64,000 nucleotides of DNA, taken from assembly GCA_047495785.1 (NCBI GenBank), contig JBLDXI010000034.1, forward strand, positions 186,001 to 250,000, written 5' to 3'. The notes under the pieces were generated by a model that was not told the DNA's origin, did not search any database, and saw only the letters and a list, made by a program, of their open reading frames with translations. Both the position numbers and the translations under genes were made by a program. Positions 15,001-27,000 of this stretch are shown here, one piece after another (position 1 is the first letter of the stretch; every line of letters starts with the position of its first letter). The stretch is from Lepidodermella squamata. Taxonomy: Eukaryota; Animalia; Gastrotricha.

Positions 15001-18000
15001 CAATCCAATTTGCTAGAAATACAAATGGAGGGGAAAAACGGCGGAGGACACCACGGGCAAGTCTGACAAGGCTTAACAGGCGTTTTCTGAATTAAAACAA
15101 AATCGAAGAAATTGCGAATAATATTAGCTGCTGTCACCAACAAACCTCTTCTTGCAAACAAGCGGCAAAATTGCGGCCGAATTCAACGAATGAGTCGTAG
15201 AGGTATTGTTTCGCAGGAGACGCGCAGGGCTTGGAACTCGAAGAGCATTTCCCATCGCCACCATCGCATAGCGCGGCCGTCTGTAAAATGAAAGCTGAAG
15301 AAAAGGAATTGAAACATCCTGAGCCTTACTCCTTCCACACATGACGACAAGAGGGGATAGGTAGTAGGATCACGATCCTAAATCAAAAGATAGACGCTCA
15401 AACTTGGTTTGGACATACGAAAGATGTTTACGTTTGATGACCCCTCAGGACAGCGATTAGGGACGTAACAGCCAACAAAGCGATCGTCCGATTTGCTGAA
15501 GCAACGCTGGTGCTCGTGATCTGTTTTAGGTAAAAAAAAGCTGAAATGAAAGCTAGGAATAGGTCTAGAAGCTTACTTTCATAACATTCGGCCAAGTTGG
15601 AGAAAATGACCTTTCCAGAAGCCGGGACTGTTGTAGCCTGTGCGGCATCCCCGGGGCACGAACTACCAATAGGGGCGCAAGCGGCGAATTCGCCACCTGC
15701 CGTCGTACATTCATACGTCTCAAGCTGTTTCGAGAAAAAATGATCATGAATTTATAGCGTTAGAGTTGTATTCAAACTTACAGGGTCTTTCAAGCTCAAG
15801 CACAACGCGAAATTGTATTCGAAATTGCCGGCGACTATCCAAGAAACCTAGAAAGATATGTCAAGACAACATTGCCAAAATTAGGTTATCTCTATACCTC
15901 TTTTGAACCTTCTGGGCAGCCGCTATCGCTACAGCTGTGCGAACCATCAACAGTTGAGTAGCAATGAGAAACGCCCTGGAAATTGTGAAATGTCAAATTG
16001 GAAAGGTCGAATCAAATTTTAGATGCTAACCCCAGCTTCACAAGCCTTTTTCGTAGCAAAGTATTGGCCTCCGCCCGATCGAACCTATTCGGAGCTCAAG
16101 ATTAATTACGTCTACTAAGAGCTATGTGAACCTATACCGATCCAGCGTTACATCCGAGATAAGAAGGAAAGCAACCAGCGAAAGACTTGTCCTCGCCATC
16201 GAAACAGCGAATATGCGGCAATGAATCATCTTTCGCTGTAAAGTTCGGAAATATTCAATACATGAGGAGGCCTGAAGTTCATAAAATTAATGTTGTTTCC
16301 CAATAAAGATGACCTTTCCACTTCTCACCCAGAATATAAAAAGCTCATACCATTATCACATTCCTCTTTCGTGGAAAATACAGCAGCCGGGGGTGGAGAC
16401 TCGAACAGATTTGCCTGCCATAGGGGGAAAACTTGTAGAAAAAGGTCAAGACCAATATTAGGCTCTTACAAAAGGACAAGCCGTGTCAATAGGTACGCAA
16501 GACGTTTTCGTGAAGCCCTCCGGATCAACACACATCTTGTGCTCCGTCTTAAAGAAATACAACAGAAGTCAGTGACGGAATTCGTCAAAAAAAAGGCAAA
16601 CCTTCGCCTCACAGAGAGCCTTGCTATCGTAATTGACCGAATCATAGGCCTGGATAGAAGGAGCCCAAGTTTGAAAAAGCTCAATAATTCCGAATTTTCC
16701 AACTCACAACTGATTGGCCAAGTGGGCAACTGTCAATTTGAGGAACACATTGCTTGAAGTCGCCAGAAATGTCGTCGAAGCAACGTTGGTGAGGTTGAGC
16801 TGAAAGTCCACAATTTACGACCTGAACCCTATAATCTCACTCCAGACTAACCTTCAAGACACTGGGCGAGGGATTCGAACTTCTGATCGTGCGAATACTG
16901 TGTTTTTCAACCCAATGTTTATCAAAACAACAGAAGATGGACTGAAACTAACTTGGCCGCTTGGGCATGTATAACCCTCAGGCCTGCAGCCTAAAACTTG
17001 GCAATTGCCGTCCACAGTATCCACTGGCGCATCGTGGCAATGGTAGTGCGTAAACTATCGAAAACACCCAATATTAAGGTGGAAATTTCGACCGAATTAG
17101 AGCATACCAAATCCAAACCAGCCTTGCAGATTTCCAGGTTCTTTTCGTAGGTTCCGCCCGATGTAATCGGTTGGCCAACATCAGTTCCAGCCGGGCATTT
17201 GTCCATGCAATAGTGACGACCATCGATGTAACAGTGCGAAACAGGCTACAAAAGATTCCCTGATTGCAAACATTACCTTTTCCAGCCAAAGTCACTCACT
17301 CCTAGAAAATAAAACAAGTTATCGCGAAATTCAATGCGATTTTCGGAACTCACTTTTCCGGCACGAGAATCCGTCTTGGTACGTTGCAGAGGTCTATACA
17401 GGGATTTCAGTGTTTAGTGTGACCAGAAACGAGATGGAACACAATACCTGAGTTGAGGGGCATGAGAAATCGATGGAGACGCAAACTGAAGGTCTGTTGA
17501 TCTCCTCGCACCACGGGCACATATCGCAGGGTTTAGCCGGGTTTGTCTAACAGACCAAATCAGCGAATTAGGCTGGAACTGAGGTCTCAAGAACTATACC
17601 TCTTCAAGAAGGCAGTTACGGTAGTTCTGCTTGAACGAGACTCCACCGTCGTAGGTGAACTGGAAAATTGACGAAAATTACGAAAAATTCGATTTGGTCG
17701 AAAAACCAACCGAGACCCTTCCATTAGTGCAAGATCCAACGCACTTATCAGCCGCTCCATTGATACTGCAAGCAACGGCCGGCTGAAATTTCGAAGATTC
17801 AACTAATTTCAAAGTATAGCTTCGAAACTTACCCCACTTTCGCAGGACGACTTCGAAGCGTAGGTCTGGGAATCCCGATTCTGAAAAAACGAAACTAAAG
17901 CTAAGGCAAAGGTACAGAATAGAAACTCACGTTCGATTGGCCAGTCGGACAGGAGTTTGTAGCAAGGATACAGCCAGTGAAGTCGTTCGTGGAATCCGAA

Positions 18001-21000
18001 AAGCACCGCGTATGGGGCCGATCTGAAAATTGGTGACATTTCAAATTTTCCCAATTCGGAATTTTTGTTATTCATACTTTCGAAGCAATCGGCTAGGTTC
18101 GCAAAAGCTGGTCTGGATCCAATTGCCTGGTAAAAAAAGAGGGTATTGCAATAATTTCGAAGGAATGTTTTGTCTCACAGAATCTGCAGGGCATGATTGT
18201 CCCTGTGGAGCGCAAGCTACAACATCGCCGTTGGGTTCCATGCAGTCGAAATGGGGCAATTCTTCGGTTCCTTCCATGCAGCTAGCGTAGCGCTCGCCAA
18301 AGGTTGCGCCTTGAGTAACTCGGCTGACGGCTATGTAGGAGGCCGGGCAGCCGCCTTCGCTAGCAGCCACGCAAGAGTGAGCACCGTCAGTGCTCGAATA
18401 ACAGTGGATCACGCCCTGGTGAAACGTTAACACATTATATGAAAAAATTGAAAAATTAAAAATTAAAATAATAAATTTGCCTTAATCAAAAAATAAATTA
18501 AAATTATTATTTGATTGATTTTAAAATTATTTTAAAATTATTTCAAATTTTCAAATTTATTTTCAGTTTTCCTAAAGATATGCGTATACTTCCATATTAA
18601 AGAATATTAAAAAAATTGAAACGATAACTAACCTCATTTTGGCAGAGCTCGTATGTTTCGAATTCGCTAGCGGAGGCTTGCTATAAATTGGAAAAAATTA
18701 CGTAAAAAGGGTGATCTCGAAGTACGAATTTAAGACATACAGTTCCAGCTGGGCATCGAGTTGAAGCTCGGATACAGCCTTGGAACGATTTATCAGCTTC
18801 ACTGAAGCAGCGATGATGCGGCAAGTCGGGATCAGTTGCTTTTTATTAAAAATCCGCCTTAAATATTTTGATTTTTCTTATTTTCAAAACTGACCTGATT
18901 CGCACGCCTGCAGTGACGCGAATTTTAGGGTTCGGTTCGGGAATTCGGCGGATGGAGCCGGGCAGGTGGCGTCGATCGGGACGCATGATTGACGCGAGAG
19001 CGTTGTAGCATCCAAACACAACTTATACTCGGTCTGCAAAATTTTTTGAAATAATTCAACTTATGAGCTGCTTGGAAATCGATCGTTCTCACCGATTTTA
19101 GGCAATCAGCCCGATTCCAGTAAACTGTTGCATCCAAACCCTTGAGAGCAAAACACAAACAAAAATATTAAAAATAATTTTGAAATTTAAAAATTTTCAA
19201 CGGCTTGTAATTAAAATAAGAATTTTGAATCAAAATAAAACAGACGATACAATTTTCGATAAATTTATATAACTCGTAACGATTTCGAAAAAAATCCCTA
19301 AAAATTCAGGGAAAATAGAAAAAATCTCTAAATCTATAGAAAATCAAAAATCCCTTTCTTTCAAATTTTTTCCCTTGGAAAATATTGGATTTGGCTCAAA
19401 ATTGCCCCTTGTTACGTAAAAAAATAAATTTTCTAGGAATATTATGCAGCAGTTATACCCCGATGTAACCGTTCGGGCAAGGCCCAGAACCGGTCAGGAA
19501 GCAGCCGGCGAATTTTCTAGTAACTGCATCGTAGCACTTCTGGTGCGGTTGATCTGAAAAAATAAGAAATATTCGGGTGAAAAAAATCGCAAAAATCAAC
19601 TCACTGCTGACGCAATCGTCGTAACTTGTGAAATTTTGATCAGTAACCTGGCGAAAATTGCGCTTAAAACCTTGATAAAAAAAATAATATTAAAGCAACT
19701 CACGAGGCCATTAGGGCAAGTGTAACCATCCGGAACGCAGCTGGCCACATCACAGCCTTCGGTATGGCAATGGTGGTGCGGAAGAGCAGCCTTAATTAAC
19801 ATTTCAAAAATTTCAAAAAACGAAAAGAATTGTTTAAATTTAAATTTTCAAAAATTAAATTAAAATCGGAACAATTAATTTTTTTAGAAAAGAAATTTAC
19901 CGTCGTAACCAATTCACTTCGGCAAGCATCGTAATTGGTCTTGAAGTCTTGCGAGGAGAATGCTTTCAACTGAATCGAAAATCAAATGTGAACTAGCCTC
20001 ATTTAAAAAAAAACTAGTTCACCTCATAGCCATAAGGGCACTTGTCAAAGCAATCGGGGCCATTCGGGGTGTAACATAACGAAACACTCTGCGATAGAAT
20101 ATCGAAAATATCGCCTGAAATTCGGTTAAATTCACGGTACTTACTCCAACCGAGCAAGTTGCCATGTCAGCGAAAAATCCAGGCGAGTAAGTCTGAAAAA
20201 TCGAAATTGCTCTGAATTTTGAAAAAATTTAAGAAAAAATAACGAACGTTATCGCAGAGTTGGACAGCATTTTTGCAACCCAAAAACTGCTTAGTCGAAG
20301 AGTCAAAACACCGACGCTTCGGGGCTGTAAAAAATTAAAAAAATTAAAAATATTAAAATATCCACAGCAAAATATCGGAATTTTTACGAACTTGTTTGGC
20401 ATTGCGAGGCTGAAGTGAAGCTGAAAAACGGTGTCTTGACGATAATTGTATCCTATTTAGAAAATTAAATTTGAAAATTACGAAAAAATGGAAAATTTCC
20501 TTCACCTCTTTTCCATCGTAACATGTCCCAATAGTGACGCACTCTGCCGTAGTCGAAAAAGGTTCGTAACACAGCTCAAAGCCTTGGTTCTATCAGGAAA
20601 ACAGGGTTCAAATTTTTGCGGTGAAAATTCGACAAAATAGCATACTCCAATATTGCAGGTGTCGATAGTGTCGTAAATTGTTGGATCGAGCGACTAAAAA
20701 TTAGCGGAATTTTCGAAATTTTTTAAAGCGAGAATTTTTCCGAATAATTACGCTATCGCACGCTTGAATAGCCGGTTTGCAGGTGGAAAATTGTCCGTTT
20801 TCGTAGCAGCGATGATGCGGAACTGAAAAAATTGAAATTTAGCCAAAATTTAATTTTTGGCCAAATTTCTCACTTCTTTGGCAAGAATATTTCGTATGGA
20901 AAGGTCCTTTGACGAACTGAAAAATTTAAAAACAAGAATTAAAATCGAATAGGAAAAAAGAAGAAAATTACTCCGGAAAAATTATTTCGAAAATAAATTT

Positions 21001-24000
21001 GAAAGGAATTTCTTACATCTGCCCCGCATGAATCAGCCACTTCACAGGTTAGCACGCCGCCAATGGAACATAAGTCATGAGGATCCTAATAAAAAATTTG
21101 GGAAATTAAAATAAATAACGAAAATTAAAAAAAAATTGGAAAAATAAAAGGCGGCTCATTTTTTTACCAGGTCGTCTAAACAAGCGCGGAAATTAGATGC
21201 GAAGTTGGGCGTCTCTTGCGATGAATTGTAAATGATCTAAAACAGAAAAATCTCAATTATTCCTTTTCCGCAGCGAAAATTGATGAGTCGCATGCCCTTT
21301 CGTAAGGACCACATTCGACTCCAGTTCCTTCATCGCCAACACAGGTACTATCAGCCTCGGAGTAGCAGAAAATCGCAGCCTAAATTGGGAAAAATTAATT
21401 TCTTCAAATTTTATAATAAAATGCTGACCCCATTCTCACACTCGGCCATGGTAGTAAAGTTTTTCGGGCTAAAAATCTGAGGGGAGATTTTGAAAAAAAA
21501 TCATATCTTTTTTCATTTCCCATTCAATTCAACTCACATTTGTCTGACCATTAGTGCAGGACAAACTTGCACTCTTGCAAATGACAGAGCGATCGCCGAG
21601 GAAACAGCGGTGATACGGGCCTGTATTAGTTTTGTCTAATAAAGAATTTCCGAATAATTTTGAAATTAATTGGTAAATCAGAATAATTGACCAACTTTGA
21701 GCTTCTTTGCATAAAGCCAGCGTTTGGTATGTCGCGCCAATGCCAGTATCCGCGGGGCAGGGAAAAGCCGCCAAATTCGGTAAGCATACGGCAATATTAC
21801 CCGTGGGAACGACACAACCTTTAAATTCAATCTAAAATTTGGGAAAAAATTTGAAATCGAGAAACAGCTATCGAAGAAACCCACCGGGGCTGAATCGCTA
21901 TTGCACTGGCGGAAATTTGAATCGAAATTCGTAGTTTCTGACCCGACAAGTGAGACCTGAAAAATCGAAAAAAACGTAAATATTTCCCGATATAAAAAAT
22001 TCTTAGAAAAAATCGGAAAATATGAATCACTCAATTTAAAAAAAAAATAATCATAGTAATATCCAAATTCAATCGCATATTTTATTAAAAAATTTACCTG
22101 AAACAAAGAATTGGTCAGAAAAAAATCGAAAAAATCGAAAATTTTTTGAAAATTGACTTTTGAAAGATTTTCAAAAATTCAAAGCTCTTCATTCTTCATT
22201 ACAGTTTTCAAATTAAATTGAATTATTTATCTAATCTAAACCAGATTTTAGTGGAATTTCAACCATTTTTCAATTGATTTTCCTTTACCTGAGACAAAGA
22301 AAGCACGGCAGTACACTGCTGAGGCGCGTCGCTTCCAACGCAGCCGAATTTTCCAGAAGCCGAGGCGAAACAATAATACGCCGCCTTAAATTGAACAGAT
22401 AATTTGAAAAAAATTCAGCATAATTTTCCCGCTCAAATTTTACCCCAGTTTCACATGAATGGAGCGTCGGAAACACTTTAGGGCTTTGATTCTGTTCAGG
22501 ACACGATCAATTAAAAATCCATGGCTTTTTTAGCCCGGAAAAATCAAACATTATTTTGTCCAGCTGGGCAGCCGTTGGCCATCTTGACACAGCTCGAGAA
22601 CGTAAAATCGTTATTGAAACAGCGAGCATGAGGCAACTGGGCGTCTTGAGCTGAAAAAATCGAACAAATTTCAATAATTTTTCAAAAGTTCAAAAAATTT
22701 CAAAATAACCTCCAAGACATGGATTGACAGTTGGAAACCTGACACCGGTCGAATATTGATTCGTCTAAAATAAATTGATTAAATTATTTTCTAGTCAAAA
22801 AATTTAGAAAAAAATTACAGTGCCAGCTGGGCAGGAAATTCCAACCGGAGCGCAAGTTTTAACAGCGTACGTTGACGGATCCAGACAAAGAACATGATCA
22901 TTCTGAAAATAAATCCAGGATAAAATGTTTGCAAAATTACTCGAATCAAGAAATTGCAGCTTACGTTGGGCAAATTTTCACTGCGACATGCGCCGTAATT
23001 TGTTTTGAAATTTCCGCTTGAATAATTTTTTATCTAAAATCGAAAAATTCAATTTTTCCTCATTTTTGATAATATTTAAATATACCAGGTAACCAGTTGG
23101 GCAAGATTCAAGGCACGGCAGAAATGTTACTGGGCCAGTTGCTGGGTAACACAAAACCGTGGGCTGAAAAATTCAAAAAATTCTCAATTACATCTTAAAA
23201 TAAAAAAATAAAAAATACCCCGGCGTCGCAATCATCATCCTTCCCGAAGAGAAGCGAGCTGTAAGTCTATGAAAAAACAATTAATAAAATTTGCTCACTT
23301 TCGAAATTTCATTTTTTTCCTCACATTTTTTTGTCCACTAGGGCATGGACTGGCGATAGATTGGCAAGCGACGAAGGCTGAGCCATCAGACAGGAAGCAT
23401 CGTTGTTTAGTATTCGTGAGGTAGGTTTTGCACAGGGACAAATTGTCAAACACCTTTCCAACAGCCTGAAATTTACAAGAAAAAATGAATGAATTTGAAT
23501 GAATGAAATGACCAAATGAAAAATAAATGAAAATTTAAAATCTAAATTTGAAATTAGAAAAAGGCCCAAGTCTCAGAAAAAAGTTGAACTTCCAGCGATT
23601 TTCGAACATCTCTTGGAAAAATTGAAAAGCCTCAGAAAGTACCTCAGAAATTTGGTAACGCAAACACAGAAAAAGGGTTCCGAAACTCTTAAGAAAAAGA
23701 GGAAGCCGCATCTCATAGCCAACAAAATTTAACAAAAATTAAAAAAATTACGAGAATACTAATCGAGTACGTCACTTGTTAATGGGATTAAAAAAATCCG
23801 GAGAAATTTGGTCCAACCGCGAAAAATACCGAAAATTACCGAACCAGTTATCATCGGAGTTTTCCGGGCTTTCTCATTTTTCATTTCTTCGGTAGATTTA
23901 ATTTAAATTTTTTTAAATTTTCTACAGAAAGTTGCCGAATTTAAAAAAGATTGTGCAACTTCTGGGACACGCTTTCAAATCGAGGTATGAAATTTGAAGG

Positions 24001-27000
24001 TTTCACTTATATTTTCAAGCCGAACCGATGGATCTCACTATTTACGCTTTTGACCCGGCCGTGATCACGTCGAATTTGATCGAACAGACCTTTTTCCGAT
24101 TTCTATAAAAATTGATGCTTTTTTGCCCGATTATTTGCCTGAGCTCACCCGCGCAGGCACAAAGAGTAGTTTGACGTTTGACTCCACTCTCGCCGTACCT
24201 GGTTGGCTAGGTGAGTCGCTTTGACCTAGTTTCAGACATTTCCGATTTTTTTATTCCATAGTAATATTCTCGTAAAATTCCGACCTGCCATTTCCAGGAG
24301 ATAAATTCGCTATTTAACAGCTAAAAGATCGGCTCACACAGCTTGGCGAAAAATGAATCATCTTTCAATTTTCGAGTAAAATGGCAGATCGAAGCTTTAC
24401 GATGGTATAATCAAAAAATCGGAAATCACAGATACGCAACTTGTCGAAAATCAGTTTGTCTGAAACCAGGTCAAATCGACTCGCCTTGCCAACCAGGTAG
24501 ACTAGTGCAACGGAGGTAGATTCAAACTGCTCCGTGAACAGTCTCGTGTGAACAAAACCCGGAGAATATTCTCAAATTACGCCGAAGGCGGGGAATTTTG
24601 AAAGGATTTCATTAAAAATTGGGCAACAGGTAAATAAAGGGTTAGAAATTTCGGGTTTCGGGGTATCGACTTCTATTGGTTTCTAAATGCATTCTCATCT
24701 GAATTCTGAATTTACTCGTAGACTCAATTTTTGGCTCTTTCAGATGCATTATGAAAATTTTCCGTTCATCGCTCGAATTTAAATCATTGCTAGACTTTGG
24801 GCATTTCCGAGTTTAAGAGTTGAATTAGTGCGCATTTCGTTCAGAATTTGCAGTCAATTAAGCTGAGGTTACTAATTATTTATTAAAAAATCCAGGTTAT
24901 CGTGTGTTCAAAATACGAAGGCTCACGGTTTCACCTGGATCTTTCTTTCTCTTCTTCTTTGATCTCGATAATATTCTTTGATCTCGATAATATTTTTTTT
25001 AGGTATAAATTAAAAGTTGATCTAGGAGTGACTTGATAAATTTCCATTATCAAAATCTTGCTTGCCAACGGGAAAATTTTACTGCGGTACCAAATTTTAT
25101 TCAATTCAATCATTCCATTATTTTACTGGTTAGGGTTAGGGTTAGGGTTAGGGTTAGAGGCTGGGTCATAAAATTGGGCAATTGGAACTTATTGGAATAA
25201 TTTTGTGCAGAATTCAATAATTTGGTATTTAATTCACTATATCCCATTGCCAATAGCTCTTCTCAAACGCAGCATTCCGAAATCAGTGCTTACATGAAAT
25301 TGACTGAGTTTTGGTCTGATACCGTAACGGGTCCAAATTATAGACAAAAATGGTGTTTTTTTCATTTTTCGTCTGAAAATTTCGGAGAAAAATATGAATT
25401 CTTTGGGGGAAGATTCTGGATCGACAGGTAAGTTTTGAGAATTTTTGGACCTCACCTTGATTTTTAAGAAATCATCATTTGCATATGCTAATTATACTGT
25501 GCGCAAATTGTATTCCCTGTTGTGCGGTTGTTTTGTGTTTTTAGCAGCGACCTTGATTGAAACAGAAAAAGGTTAGCTACCAAGATATTTCTAGTGGCTA
25601 TTAAGGCGAAAGAGGCCCATTTGTCACAAGCTAGAGTTTTCGGGTTTCAAAATGTTTCGGCGCCAAAAATGAATTGAAAATTATGAAGAAATACTAATCA
25701 CATTTTTTAAATTTTTTAAATTCCAATCTCAAATCTCAAATTCGAGAAAAATTTAGTTCCGAACCCTCAATTTTAGCGGTGCAAATATTTAGATGCCAAG
25801 AAATTTCGAAAATAAACTTCAATTATATTTTTAAATAATTCAAAATTCACCTAAATTTAAGTTTAAAAATTCATGAAAACATTCAAACCCATACCAATGA
25901 TGATCCCGTGCAGGTGAGATTGGCATTCTCAGGTTGGCAAATCAGGGTACCAGGCGAGTTGGATTTCTCGCAAACTTTGTACTTGACCGGGGCTGTATCG
26001 CTCGAACACGCGGTCAGCGCTGCCCGAATCGTCGAAGTCTGCTGAATTGTCGTGATCTGCGATTCGATAAAAAATAAATCAATTGATTAAGTTTAAGGAG
26101 GAATATTTTCTCACCCGAATTGAATTAGCCTTGTAACGAGAGCACGCTACAGCCGGGTCGTCAATTGCGCAGAAATACGACGAATCAGTCGGGTCGTAGC
26201 AATATTGCGCACCCTATTTAAAAAAATCCCGAAAAATTCTAAAAAAGAATTACGGAAAAATGTGAGCAGTTACCGTCGAGTCACAAGCTGCTTTTGTGCT
26301 GTAAACTTTCGGGCTGATGGCCTGGAAAATTTGAAAAATTTAAATTTAATTAAAATTGGGTTTCAAATTCAATACCGATGATTCGCCAGTCGGGCAGTTT
26401 GGTGCCCGTTTACAGTCCGTAAAAGTGCTATCGGCGGACAAAAAGCACCTGATATGTGGCAACATTTCGGTACCAGCTAGCAAAAAAAACAAAAATCGAC
26501 ATATTAAATCTACTCCATTGTGAATTTTCGAATTTATTTTCAAAAAATTTGAATATTATAATTTTGAAAATTCAATTTTTATCAAACCTGACATGCAGCG
26601 TTGATAAGTTGGGAAGTTGACTTCAGCAGGAAATCCTTCAATCTAAAATTGTTCTAAATTAATTTCGTTCATTTTTTTACAATTCAAAAAGTTACCGTTG
26701 GGGAAGGGCACGTAATGTTAGGCGGAATGCACCAGACACGGTTCAGTGAACTGCTATCATGGCAAAATCGGAACGAAGTCTAGAAAAATTTGCAAAAAAT
26801 TCGTAAACAAAATTTGAAATTTTTTCCAAAACTCACAAAGGAATTTATGCGATCAATGCAAAGCTTTGAATTGTTGGCAAAACTCGTAGAACTCGTGAAA
26901 GTAGCAGCCTATCATCGAAAAAACGGCCGGTTATGGAATTTTCAGAAAAAAAAATCTCTGAAAAATTAACCAGATAAGCGCTGGGCGAGCAAGGAGTGAC

